In this document: one piece after another, positions 47,277 through 57,610 of the stretch | Numbering within the stretch: the stretch's first letter is position 1 | How the letters are laid out: each line of letters opens with the position of its first letter | Source of the DNA: Nannocystis bainbridge | GTDB lineage: Bacteria; Myxococcota_A; Polyangia; Nannocystales; Nannocystaceae | Direction of reading: 5' to 3' | Length of the DNA stretch: 64,000 bases | Assembly (NCBI RefSeq): GCF_028368995.1 | Contig: NZ_JAQNDL010000005.1 | Coordinates: 480,001-544,000 of the forward strand | Program-made: the position numbers and the translations under genes | The notes under the pieces: model-generated | The model's input: the letters and a program-made list of their open reading frames with translations, nothing else | The model's database searches: none | Told to the model about the DNA's origin: nothing

Positions 47277-47544
47277 CAGTGACAGTCGCTCTCGGGCGAC
47301 TCGATGGCTCCCCAATGGCCAACGCATGACTTGAACTCCCAATATCAACACTCTGGCCGCTCCGAGCGCCCGGCATCCGGCCAGGGCCGCGCGGCGCCGG
47401 GAGCAGCGAGCGCCTGCCCCGCCTCGGCCTCGGCCGGCCCGCGTGCGCCGACTCGCACGCGGAAAGCCTCGCCGGGCCCCGAATCGGCCCTGCGCCGGGC
47501 CCTGCGGGCTTGAAGCAGGCGGGCCCGCTCGGTACACCAGGATC

Positions 47545-50193
47545 ATGACCGAGGCCAAGCCTGCGCCGCAGCCGATCTTCCGCAAGGACTACCGCCGCCC
47601 CGATTACACCATCGACCGGGTCGACCTGCGGTTCGAGCTCGGCGAGGAGGTCTCGCGCGTGCACGCCACCCTCTCGATGCGGCGCACCGACGCCGCCGCC
47701 GCCGCCGCTCCGCTGGTGCTCGACGGCGAGAACCTCGTGCTCGTGCGCGTCGCCCTCGACGGGCGCGAGCTCTCGGCCGGCGACTACGACCTCGGTCCCA
47801 CCACCCTCACGATCCGCGACCCCGGGGCCGAGTTCACCCTCTCGACCCTCGTCGAGATCCGGCCCCAGGACAACCTCGAGCTCTCGGGCCTCTATCGCTC
47901 GAGCGGCAACTTCTGCACCCAGTGCGAGGCCGAGGGCTTCCGCCGGATCACCTACTTCCTCGATCGCCCCGATGTCATGGCCCGCTACAGCGTCGTCGTC
48001 GAGGCCGACCGCGCCAAGTGTCCCGTCCTGCTCGCCAACGGCAACCGCGTCGCCACCGGCGAGCTGCCTGACGGCCGCCACTTCGCCCGCTGGGACGACC
48101 CGTGGCCCAAGCCCAGCTACTTGTTCGCCCTCGTCGCCGGCGACCTGCGCTGCTTCCCCGGCGACTTCGTGACCCGCTCGGGCCGCACCGTCCGCCTCGA
48201 GATCTGGGTCGAGGCCGAGAACATCGACCGCTGCGCCCACGCCCTGCGCTCGCTGCAGGCCTCGATGCGCTGGGACGAGGAGACCTTCGGCCGCGAGTAC
48301 GACCTCGACATCTACATGATCGTCGCCGTCAGCGACTTCAACATGGGGGCCATGGAGAACAAGGGCCTCAACGTCTTCAACGCCAAGTACGTGCTCGCGC
48401 GGCCCGACACTGCCACCGACGACGACTACGACGGCATCGAGTCGGTCATCGCCCACGAGTATTTCCACAACTGGACCGGCAACCGCGTCACCTGCCGCGA
48501 CTGGTTCCAGCTCACCCTCAAGGAGGGCCTCACCGTCTTCCGCGACCGCCTGTTCAGCGCCGACATGGGCTCGCCCGCGGTCGCGCGGATCGGCGACGTC
48601 CTGGGCCTGCGCACCAATCAGTTCGCCGAGGACAGCGGCCCGATGGCCCACCCGATCCGGCCCGAGTCGTACATCGAGATGAACAACTTCTACACCACCA
48701 CGGTGTACGAGAAGGGCGCCGAGGTCATCGGCATGATGCGCACCCTCCTCGGCGAGGCTGGTTTCCGCCGCGGCATGGACCTCTACTTCGAGCGTCACGA
48801 CGGCCAGGCCGTCACCTGCGACGACTTCCGCGCCGCCCTCGCCGACGCCAACGGCCGCGACCTCGAGCAATTCGGCCGCTGGTACAGCCAGGTCGGCACC
48901 CCGATCGTGCGCGCCCGCGGCGACTACGACGCCGCCGCGCGCAGCTACACCCTCACCCTCGAGCAGGCCCCGCCGCGCGGCAAGCCGGCCGCCGAGCTGC
49001 TGCACATCCCGGTCGCCGTCGGCCTGCTCGGGCCGGACGGTCCGCTCCCGCTCAAGCTGTCCGGAGAGACAGCCGCGAGCGGCGACGGCACCCGCGTGCT
49101 CGAGCTGCGCGAGCGCAGCCAGAGCTTCCGCTTCGAGGAGGTCCTGGCCGCCCCCGTGGCCTCGCTGCTGCGCGGCTTCTCGGCCCCCGTCGAGCTCGAG
49201 GTCGAGCGCAGCGACGCCGACCTCGCCCGCCTCATGGCCGCCGACCCCGACGCCTTCTCGCGCTGGGACGCCGGCCAGGAGCTCGGCCGCCGCGTCCTCC
49301 TGCGGCTCGCCGCCGATGTCGAGGCCGCCCGCCCGCTCGCCCTCGATCCCGCCTTCGTGGCCGCCTGCGCGCAGATCCTCGCCGACCCGAACCTCGACGG
49401 CTCGCTCAAGGCCCTGGCGCTGACCCTGCCCAACGAGCGGCTGCTCGGCCAGCACCAGCAGGTCGTCGCCGTCGACGCCCTCCACGAGGCCCGCGAGTTC
49501 GCCGTCAAGGCCCTCGCCACCGCCCTGCGCGAGCCCCTGCTCGCCATCTATCACAGCAGCGCGCCGCAGGGCGTCTACCGCATCGAGCGCGCCGAGGTCG
49601 ACCGCCGCAAGCTCCGCAACCTCGCGCTCGCCTACCTCGTCACCCTCGGCGAGCCCGAGCTCGTCGGCCTCGCGGTTTCGCAATTCCACCTCGCCGACAA
49701 CATGACCGACAGCGAGGCCGCCCTCGCCTGCCTCATCGATCACGGCGGCCCCGAGCGCGACGCCGTCCTCGCCGAGTTCCACCGCCGCTGGCACAAGGAC
49801 CCGCTCGTGCTCGACAAGTGGTTCGCGCTGCAGGCCGTCTCGAGCCACCCCGACACGCTCGAGCGCGCCATCCTGCTCGCCGACCACCCCGACTTCAACC
49901 TGCTCAACCCCAACCGCGCCCGCTCCCTCATCGGCGTGTTCGGCCTGCGCAACCAGCATCAATTCCATCGCAAGGACGGCCGCGGCCACGCCCTCGTCGC
50001 CGACAAGGTGCTCGCCCTCGACCCGCACAACCCCCAGGTCGCCGCCCGCCTGGTCGCCGCCTTCAACCCCTGGCGCCGCTTCGACGCCGCGCGTCAGCAC
50101 AGCATGCGCGCCCAGCTCGAGCGCATCGCGGCGCAGCCCGGCCTCTCCAAGTCGGTGCGCGAGATCGTCGACCGCGCCCTCGCGCCGGCGTGA
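47545..50193 (+). CDS. pepN: Aminopeptidase N (M1 family)
   Basis: 'TQCEAEGFRRITYFLDRPDV', 'GAMENKGLN', 'HEYFHNWTGNRVTCRDWFQL', 'NFYT.TVYEKGAEV'. Confidence 0.98.
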   Translation: MTEAKPAPQPIFRKDYRRPDYTIDRVDLRFELGEEVSRVHATLSMRRTDAAAAAAPLVLDGENLVLVRVALDGRELSAGDYDLGPTTLTIRDPGAEFTLSTLVEIRPQDNLELSGLYRSSGNFCTQCEAEGFRRITYFLDRPDVMARYSVVVEADRAKCPVLLANGNRVATGELPDGRHFARWDDPWPKPSYLFALVAGDLRCFPGDFVTRSGRTVRLEIWVEAENIDRCAHALRSLQASMRWDEETFGREYDLDIYMIVAVSDFNMGAMENKGLNVFNAKYVLARPDTATDDDYDGIESVIAHEYFHNWTGNRVTCRDWFQLTLKEGLTVFRDRLFSADMGSPAVARIGDVLGLRTNQFAEDSGPMAHPIRPESYIEMNNFYTTTVYEKGAEVIGMMRTLLGEAGFRRGMDLYFERHDGQAVTCDDFRAALADANGRDLEQFGRWYSQVGTPIVRARGDYDAAARSYTLTLEQAPPRGKPAAELLHIPVAVGLLGPDGPLPLKLSGETAASGDGTRVLELRERSQSFRFEEVLAAPVASLLRGFSAPVELEVERSDADLARLMAADPDAFSRWDAGQELGRRVLLRLAADVEAARPLALDPAFVAACAQILADPNLDGSLKALALTLPNERLLGQHQQVVAVDALHEAREFAVKALATALREPLLAIYHSSAPQGVYRIERAEVDRRKLRNLALAYLVTLGEPELVGLAVSQFHLADNMTDSEAALACLIDHGGPERDAVLAEFHRRWHKDPLVLDKWFALQAVSSHPDTLERAILLADHPDFNLLNPNRARSLIGVFGLRNQHQFHRKDGRGHALVADKVLALDPHNPQVAARLVAAFNPWRRFDAARQHSMRAQLERIAAQPGLSKSVREIVDRALAPA

Positions 50194-50318
50194 CGCCGGA
50201 GCGCGTCGCCGCAGCGTGGTGACCCGGCCTCACGCGCGGCGGCCAGCGGCGCCGCGCGATGTCGGGGCGCTTCCGGCAATCACCGGCCTGCCATGATTCG
50301 TAGCGACGGGCCGCGGAT

Positions 50319-51563
50319 TCATGCCTCGCGGGCCGCTGCGTCCCACACGAGCGGCAGGCGCTCGTAGCCTCGCAGGAGGATGAACGCTCGGCGCTCCACC
50401 GGCCGCCTCGGATCGAGGCGCACGCCGGGCAGGCGCTTCAGCAAGCGTTCGAACGCGATACGGCCCTCGAGCCGCGCGAGCGCGTTGCCGACGCAGAAAT
50501 GAATGCCCTTCGAGAACGCCAGGTGCGGGGTCGCGGGGCGGCGCCGGATGTCGAACACGTCCGGGTCGGGGTACACGTCCTCGTCGCGGTTCGCCGAGCC
50601 GTACAGCAGGAACAGCCGCGCCTCGGCCGGCAGCGATACGCCCGCGAACGTGGTGTCGACGCGCACGCGGCGAAACATCCCGCGCACGGGTGCCTCCATG
50701 CGCAAGATCTCGTCGACCGCGTCGGGCACCAGCGACGGGTCGGCGCGCAGGGCCGCCAGCTGCTCGGGGTGCGCGATGAGCAGCGTCATGCCGTGGCCGA
50801 TCATGTCGGTGGTCGTCTCGTGCCCCGCGGCGAGCAGGTCGATCGCGTTGCTCACCGCCTCCTGCATCGTCAGCGGCGCCGTGCCGCCGATGTCGATCGG
50901 CGCGAGCAGGGTCAGCAGGTCCTCGCGCGGCTCGTCGACCCGGGCCTCGATGTGCCCGCCGAAGTAGCGCTGCAGGTCCACGAACTCGCGCGCGCACGCG
51001 GCCAGCAGCGCCGGCGGGGCGGCCCCCGCGAGCAGGATCTGCTTGGCGTTCGACCCACTCTTGAGCCGCGGCAGATCGGACCGTGGGACCCCGAGCAGCT
51101 CGCCGATCACCGCGCCGGGCAGCGGGAACGCAAAGCGCTCGATCAGCTCGACCTCGCCGTCGCCGACGAACCCGTCGATCAGCTCGTCGGCGATCGCGCG
51201 GACCTTCGGCTCGAGCGCCGCGACCCGCTGCGGCGACAGGGCTTTGCCGAAGACGTTGCGCACGCGCGTATGGTCGGGCGGGTCGCTCTGCACCAGCGAC
51301 TGGAACTCCAGATAGCCGGTCCGCAGGATGTCCATCACCTCGTCCGGGAACACCGCCGAGGACTCGAGCGCGCCGGCCGAGGAGAACCGCTCGGTGTCGC
51401 GGGCGACCGCGACGATGTCGGCATGACGGGTCACGACCCACGCGCCGAGGCTCTCGGCGAAGAACACGGGCTGCTCGCGGCGCGCCCGGGCGTACAGGGG
51501 ATACGGATCGACGACCTGATCCGGCGCCATGGGATTGAAGGTTGTGCTGAGCTCCGCGGCCAT
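50319..51563 (-). CDS. Cytochrome P450
   Basis: 'DPPDHTRVR', I-helix 'AGHETT', 'EILR', heme motif 'FSKGIHFCVG'. Confidence 0.96.
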   Translation of the reverse strand: MAAELSTTFNPMAPDQVVDPYPLYARARREQPVFFAESLGAWVVTRHADIVAVARDTERFSSAGALESSAVFPDEVMDILRTGYLEFQSLVQSDPPDHTRVRNVFGKALSPQRVAALEPKVRAIADELIDGFVGDGEVELIERFAFPLPGAVIGELLGVPRSDLPRLKSGSNAKQILLAGAAPPALLAACAREFVDLQRYFGGHIEARVDEPREDLLTLLAPIDIGGTAPLTMQEAVSNAIDLLAAGHETTTDMIGHGMTLLIAHPEQLAALRADPSLVPDAVDEILRMEAPVRGMFRRVRVDTTFAGVSLPAEARLFLLYGSANRDEDVYPDPDVFDIRRRPATPHLAFSKGIHFCVGNALARLEGRIAFERLLKRLPGVRLDPRRPVERRAFILLRGYERLPLVWDAAAREA

Positions 51564-51767
51564 GGTGGCAGACTACCGCCGACGCCGCTCCGAAGGAACG
51601 CGCGGACCTGCGCGCTCCGCCGCGCGCTCCCGGCTGGCCGCAGGGCCTTCAGCCACGGACAGGCGCGCAGACGGCCTTTGAAGTCGTTCGATCGCTCGGC
51701 TATCGTGGCCAGACGACGATCGCCACGCTCCTCTCGAGCCGCGGATTCGTGCGCATTGGATTGTGAC

Positions 51768-52097
51768 ATGGCGAAAAAAGACAAGTGTTGCGTGGACCCG
51801 GACGACGTACGCGTCATCACCTGCGAAGGCCCGTGGCTGTCGCAGCAGACGCCGATCTACGCCGTGCCTGCCGGCAAGCTGTTCGTGCTGACGGCCTGGA
51901 CCGTGCACGCCTGGAGCGTCGGCGACATCAGCCTGTACCGCGGCGGCGCGCTGGTGGCCTTCATGCGGACCGTGGGCGGTGGGTCCGGGCATCAAGTCTA
52001 CCCGGACGGCATCGTCTTCGCCGCGGGGCAGACCATCGCCGGCAACATGGTCAACGGCGGCCTGCACCTGCTCTACGGCCGCGAAATCGACGCCTGA
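51768..52097 (+). CDS. Small hypothetical protein (109 aa)
   Basis: 'MAKKDKCC...IYAVPAGKLFVLT...GIVFAAGQ..LYGREIDA'; GC-rich third codon positions. Confidence 0.65.
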   Translation: MAKKDKCCVDPDDVRVITCEGPWLSQQTPIYAVPAGKLFVLTAWTVHAWSVGDISLYRGGALVAFMRTVGGGSGHQVYPDGIVFAAGQTIAGNMVNGGLHLLYGREIDA

Positions 52098-52160
52098 CCC
52101 GGCAGCGGGCCTGCCGACCGCACCTGTCCCTCCGCCGCGAATTCTGGCACCCTCGTGGCC

Positions 52161-52970
52161 ATGTCGACCGCGACGGAGGCCCACGTTCTCGAGCGCGACG
52201 GCTGCCCGCTGCACTACTGGCTCACTGGCGACCCCGCCGCGCCGCTGGTCTTCCTGACCCACGGCGCCGGCCTCGACCACGGCCTCTGGCGCGACAACCT
52301 CGCCGCGCTCGGCGAGCGTCACCGCGTGCTCACCTGGGACGTGCGCGGCCATGGCCTGTCGCGGCCGATGGGCGCGCCCTTCACCGTCGACACCGTCATC
52401 GCCGACATGGAGGCCCTGCTCGACGCCGTCGGGGCCACCGATGTCGTGCTCGTCGGCCAGAGCATGGGCGGCAACCTCGCCCAGGAGTTCGTGCGCCGGC
52501 GACCTCACCGCGTGCGCGCCCTCGTGCTCGTCGACTGCGCCTGCAACACCGCCTCGCTCACCCGCGCCGAGCGCCTCGGCGTGTGGCTCACCCCCGCCCT
52601 CCTCAAGCTCTACCCCTACCGCGCCCTCCTGCGGACCAGCGCGCGCTCGATCTCGGCCCACGAACACGTGCGCGCCTACTGTCACGAGGCCATGTCGCGC
52701 CTCGCCAAGCCCGAGCTGCTCGCCATCATGCTCGCGACTCTCGGCTGCATGCGCGACGACCCTGACTACCGGATCTCCCGGCCCTTCATCCTCGTCCGCG
52801 GCGCGCTCAGCCGGGCCGGCTCGATCGCCAAACAAGGCCCCGCGTGGGCCCGACGCGAGCCGCAGTGCCGCGCCGACGTCGTCATCCCCGCGGCCGACCA
52901 TTGCGTCAACATGGACGCCCCCGCAGAGTTCGACGCCGCGGTCCTGCGATTCCTCGCCACCCTCGACTGA
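52161..52970 (+). CDS. Alpha/beta fold hydrolase
   Basis: 'LTHGAG', 'WDVRGHGLS', nucleophile motif 'GQSMGG', 'AADHCVNMDAP'. Confidence 0.92.
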   Translation: MSTATEAHVLERDGCPLHYWLTGDPAAPLVFLTHGAGLDHGLWRDNLAALGERHRVLTWDVRGHGLSRPMGAPFTVDTVIADMEALLDAVGATDVVLVGQSMGGNLAQEFVRRRPHRVRALVLVDCACNTASLTRAERLGVWLTPALLKLYPYRALLRTSARSISAHEHVRAYCHEAMSRLAKPELLAIMLATLGCMRDDPDYRISRPFILVRGALSRAGSIAKQGPAWARREPQCRADVVIPAADHCVNMDAPAEFDAAVLRFLATLD

Positions 52971-53024
52971 CCTGCTCCGAAGGACATCGATCAGCCCCTC
53001 GCGCTGGCGTGAAAGCGAAGTCGA

Positions 53025-53790
53025 TCACGGGAGCTCACAGGCGCACTGGCAGACTCCGGGCTCACGGCTGCCATCGCACCAACCATCATAGCCCGTCGGG
53101 TCGTGTTCGCACGGACCGAGGATGAGCTCCGGGCCGAGCGGTCCCTCCCGATGGTAGGCGACCTTCGACCCCTCACAGATGGAGACGCAGCCCTCGCCGT
53201 GGTATTTATAATGCGTGCATCGGTGGATCGTGCGCGCGCCACAACCACCGTCCGGGCAGAACTGGAAGATCTCCGTCCACATGCAGAAATCCCAGGCGTT
53301 CGGGACATGGAGGCTGTTACAGCCGGCCTCGTCATGGAAGGTCGGGCACAGCGCTGCGAGGTCGGACAGCGCGTCAGGCAAACAAGCTCCGACGCCGACG
53401 ACCGGCTCGATGCCGCAGGTGCACGCGTCGTCCTGCCCGGTGCAGACGATCGTGCCTTCCGCGACGGTCGGGTTGCAGAACTCGCCCGCAGCGCAATCGG
53501 CGTCCGTTTGGCAAGCAGGCCGCGGGCAGCCGTGTTCGTCGAATCCCGAGACGTGCGTCCCGCATGGCTTGTCCGTGCAGTCGACCGGAGCAGTGCATGG
53601 CTGACCCGCGACCGGGGGGCAGAGCACAGGTTCGCCAGTGGTGGTGTCGTCGCCGGTCGTGCCGGGGAGGTCACCGGTGCCCACGGTGTCGAAGCAAGAT
53701 GGATCGTCGGCCGTCGTCCGTGGTCGTGGGCGGAGACGCTGGGCCGCAAGCACACGCCCAGATCAGTAAGGAAGGCACGGAGGCTCGCAT
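53025..53790 (-). pseudogene. Cys-rich lipoprotein with an apparent 1-bp frameshift near 53718
   Basis: Signal peptide 'MRASVPSLLIWACAC' (ATG 53790) is in a different frame from the Cys-rich body. Removing one base restores 'PPTTTTTADDPSC'. Confidence 0.6.
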
Positions 53791-54057
53791 CCTCGACATG
53801 TATCACCACGAGGGTCGCCGATCCATACGCCCGATGGGTCTTTGCATGGCCCCCCGTTTCGAAGCAGGCCGCGCTCCTCGGCGGCACGCGCTCGCCTGGC
53901 GGGCGCTCCCGATCGTTCCGATCGGCGCCAAACCCTGCGCGATGTGGGCGCGCAAGCCTGACGCGCGGCGGCGCAGCGGACCCATCGACAGTATCGCGAA
54001 CTGCCACCGCAGAAGCCGCTCGCGCCCGTAGGCCGCGTTCTGCGCTAGCATGTCCGC

Positions 54058-55233
54058 ATGCCTCACCGCGCCGACCTCCCGCCTTCCCGCGCCATCGTGC
54101 CCCGGCGGATGCTCGCCGCGCTCCTGAGCCTCGTCGCATGCGACGGCTCGTCGGGCGACAGCCAGACCGACGGCGCCAGCAGCAGCACCACTACCAGTTC
54201 CACCGGCGACGGCACGACCGGCACCAGCCCCACCAGCGGCGCCGGCACTGGCGACATTCACGGCCCGACCGGCGAATGGGTCTTTCATCCCGTCGCTGGC
54301 ACGATCTGCGCCAACGGCACCCCGACCGGCCTCGGCGTCAATCAGGGCACCGGCGATCGTCTGGTGATCTACATGTCCGGCGGCAGCGCCTGCCTCGACG
54401 CGGGCTGTACGATCGGCACCCCGTCGATGCGCAAGGACGGGGGCTTCGGCGCCGACGAGCTCGCCGCCTGCGTCGCTGGCGATTGCGACGGCAATGTCAC
54501 CTTCCCGGCCGACAGCATCTTCGATCGCGCCGCTGCGGTGAACCCGTTCGCCGACGCCACCTTCGTCTTCATCTCGAACTGCGCCGGTGATTATTACGTC
54601 GGCGACAACGACCACGAGTTCTCGGGCTGGACCGCGCAGTTCCACGGCTCGCGCAACCAGGGCCTGTTCGCCGCCGCGCTCGCCGCCTCGTTCCCCGACG
54701 CCGCGCGCGTGGTCTTGACCGGCGGCAGCGCCGGCTCGGTCGGCGCGACGCTCAACTACTGGCAATGGGTCGAGGCCTTCCCCGGCACCCGGGTCGACCT
54801 CGTCTCCGACTCGTTCGCGCTCGTCTTCGCCGACGGGCCCGAGTGGCGCTACGACCTCCACGCCCCGCAGGTCCCGCCCGGCTGCCCCACCTGCGCCACC
54901 GACTACCGCACGGTCTACGCCTTCAACGCCGGCCTCGCCCCCGGCTCGCGGATCGCCGTGCTCGACTCGGAGAACAACTGGACCCTCGATCTCGCCACCG
55001 GCTATCAATATACACAGGGCCTCGAGGCCCTGCAGCCGCTCCTGGACGACCTGCCCGACCTCCGGTACTACATCGCCAGCGGCAACGTGCACATCCTGAT
55101 GCAGCACCCGCTGGACAGCGCCGCCATCGACGTCGAGCGCGACGGCGAAGCGCCGCAGCGCCTGTCCGATTTCCTCGCGCAGATGCAGGGCGACGATCCC
55201 GCGTGGGCGAGCATGAGCTGCCTCGACCCGTGA
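54058..55233 (+). CDS. Pectinacetylesterase-family hydrolase lipoprotein
   Basis: Lipobox 'LVAC'; 'CANGTPTG', 'LVIYMSGGSAC', 'NPF..ATFVFI.NC.GD..VG', 'TGGSAG'. Confidence 0.85.
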   Translation: MPHRADLPPSRAIVPRRMLAALLSLVACDGSSGDSQTDGASSSTTTSSTGDGTTGTSPTSGAGTGDIHGPTGEWVFHPVAGTICANGTPTGLGVNQGTGDRLVIYMSGGSACLDAGCTIGTPSMRKDGGFGADELAACVAGDCDGNVTFPADSIFDRAAAVNPFADATFVFISNCAGDYYVGDNDHEFSGWTAQFHGSRNQGLFAAALAASFPDAARVVLTGGSAGSVGATLNYWQWVEAFPGTRVDLVSDSFALVFADGPEWRYDLHAPQVPPGCPTCATDYRTVYAFNAGLAPGSRIAVLDSENNWTLDLATGYQYTQGLEALQPLLDDLPDLRYYIASGNVHILMQHPLDSAAIDVERDGEAPQRLSDFLAQMQGDDPAWASMSCLDP

Positions 55234-55820
55234 CCGCCGCCCCGAATCGTCGGTGCTACCAATCGGAGGGGGGCCCTCGCGCTCACCACCCTCCCCGACA
55301 CAAATAACCGACCCGCCTCCCAAAGCGATGATTCGCGGCCCAGTGACGACCCGGCTTTCATCGTGCGAGCTGTCAACGAACCGGCCCCGCCTCGCATGTG
55401 TGCCCATGAAGGCCCTCGCCTGGCCTTTCGCCGGGGATTTTCGCCATGAGCCCCGCCGCCCGCCATCCCGAAGCTCCGGCCGGGGGCTGCCCCGATCGGG
55501 CAAACGCCAGCCTTGCGCGAGCAGGCCCCGCCATTCCGGTCTCCCGCTGCCGACGAATCATCTTTCTTCCATATAAGGAAGGTCCTGCGCCTCCGGCCCC
55601 TTCGCACGGCTCCTCGCCAAATAGCCCATGCGCGCCTTCGCGCCCGCGTTTGCGACGTCTGGAGCCACCCCGCAAATGACCGCAAGACCAGCCCGGGCGC
55701 CCATGGCCAGCCATCCGGCGTTCCGTCACCTGCCCTGCCGACGCAACCGCAACCGCTCGATCTCTTGGCAGAAGCTGTATTCTTTTTTCCGGCCGCGCTA
55801 ACTTGGCCGGTGGAGTAGCG

Positions 55821-57602
55821 ATGATTCGTCTGGTATTGCCGCTGAGCGGCTGTCTCCTCCTCGCGGGCTGCCCGTCCGATCCCATCGCCGACCCGACCGA
55901 CGGCGACACGACGACGGCGACCATGAACACCACCGCCGGACCGGGGCCTGGGCCTGGGCCTGGACCTGGCACTACCGGAGACGATTCGCCCACGACCGGC
56001 GAATCGGCCGGTACCACCGAAGACGGTCAATCGACCACCGGGGGCTCGACCACCGGCGGGGTCGAGGAGCCGTTCGAGCCCGCCCCTGGCGGCATGCGGC
56101 GACTGCTGCGGCACCAGTACGTCGGCTCGATCCGCTACCTCCTCGGTGACGCCGCCGCGGGGGCAGCCGTGCCGCCCGAGGATTACTCGCTGCACGGCTT
56201 CGACGCGATCGGGGCCGCAGAGCTGTCGCTGCAAGAAAGCGCGATCGAGCAGCTCGAGACCTCCTCGCGGGCGATCGCCATCGCCGCGGTCGAGGACCGC
56301 AGCACGCTCGGCGGCCACGTCCCGTGCGTGCTCGAGGCCGAGCCCGACGACAGCTGTTTCGGCATCGTCGCCGTCGACCTCGGCCGCCTCGCCTGGCGCC
56401 GCCCGCTGATCGGGGAGGAGGTCGACGCCATGGTCGCCATCGCCAAGCAGGCGCGCGAGTGGGGCGGCGGCGAGTTCGCGACCGGCCTGCAGTACGAGCT
56501 GATGGCGCTGCTGCAATCGCCCTACTTCGTCTACCTCGTCGAGGTCGGCAAGCCCGACCCCGAGGACCCCGCCACGCGTCTCCTGACCTCGTCCGAGCTC
56601 GCCGCGCGCCTCTCCTTCTTCCTGCTCGGGCGCACCCCTGACGCCGAGTTGCTGGCCGCCGCCGAGGCCGACGCGCTCATCACCGACGACGACGTACGCG
56701 CCGCCGCCGAGGCGATGATCGCCCGCCCCGAGGCGCGCGCCACCCTCTCGATCTTCTACTCCGAGCTGTTCCAGCTGCGCGACCTGGCGACCCTCAACAA
56801 GAACAACCAGCTGTTCCCGCAGTTCACCCACGAGCTCGCGTACGCGATGAAGTACGAGACGCTGCGGCTGATCGAGGACATCGTCTGGGACCAGGACACC
56901 GACTTCCGGACCCTGCTGAGCGCCGACTACACCTTCGTCAACCCCGCGCTCGCCTCGCTCTACGGCCTGCCGCCGCCGCGCGGGCAGGGCTTCGCCAAGG
57001 TCCCGCTCGAGGAGGACCACGGCCGCGCCGGTCTCTTGGGACAGGCCAGCTTCCTGGCCCGCTTCGCCCACCCGGCCGAGACCTCGCCGACGCGCCGCGG
57101 CCAGTTCATCCGCACCAAGCTGCTGTGTGAGACCGTCCCGCCGCCGCCGCCCGGCGTCGACGCCAGCCTGCCGCCCGAGAGCCCCAACGAGCCGCAGACG
57201 ATGAAGCAGAAGCTCGTCCAGCACATGGAGGACCCGAGCTGTAACGGCTGCCACGTCCAGCTCGACCCGCTGGGCTTCGCGCTCGAGAACTACGACCCGA
57301 TCGGCGCCTACCGGACCCTCGACAGCGGCCTGCCGATCGACCCCAGCGCCACCATCCCCGACCTCGGCGAGGTCTTCTCCGCCCGCGACATCGCCGACCT
57401 GCTCGTCGAGGACCCGCGCGTCACCGCTTGCATCGTCAAGAACTTCGTCCGCGGCGCGCTCGGCCACCGCGAGGGTCTCGGAGAGATCCACGCGCTCGAC
57501 GACCTCGAGGCCGAGCTCGAGTCCAACGACCACCGCCTGCAGCACCTGCTCGTCGAGCTGGCCGCCAGCCCCGTCTTCCGCGCCGTCGGTGCGCCCAAGT
57601 GA
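55821..57602 (+). CDS. DUF1587/1595/1592/1588/1585 (PSD/PSCyt) lipoprotein with a CxxCH heme motif
   Basis: 'MRRL.RHQY', 'LLQSPYFVY', 'ELAARLSFFL', 'TSPTRRG', 'CNGCH..LDPLGFALENYD.IG'. Confidence 0.92.
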   Translation: MIRLVLPLSGCLLLAGCPSDPIADPTDGDTTTATMNTTAGPGPGPGPGPGTTGDDSPTTGESAGTTEDGQSTTGGSTTGGVEEPFEPAPGGMRRLLRHQYVGSIRYLLGDAAAGAAVPPEDYSLHGFDAIGAAELSLQESAIEQLETSSRAIAIAAVEDRSTLGGHVPCVLEAEPDDSCFGIVAVDLGRLAWRRPLIGEEVDAMVAIAKQAREWGGGEFATGLQYELMALLQSPYFVYLVEVGKPDPEDPATRLLTSSELAARLSFFLLGRTPDAELLAAAEADALITDDDVRAAAEAMIARPEARATLSIFYSELFQLRDLATLNKNNQLFPQFTHELAYAMKYETLRLIEDIVWDQDTDFRTLLSADYTFVNPALASLYGLPPPRGQGFAKVPLEEDHGRAGLLGQASFLARFAHPAETSPTRRGQFIRTKLLCETVPPPPPGVDASLPPESPNEPQTMKQKLVQHMEDPSCNGCHVQLDPLGFALENYDPIGAYRTLDSGLPIDPSATIPDLGEVFSARDIADLLVEDPRVTACIVKNFVRGALGHREGLGEIHALDDLEAELESNDHRLQHLLVELAASPVFRAVGAPK

Positions 57603-57610
57603 GACCCGTC

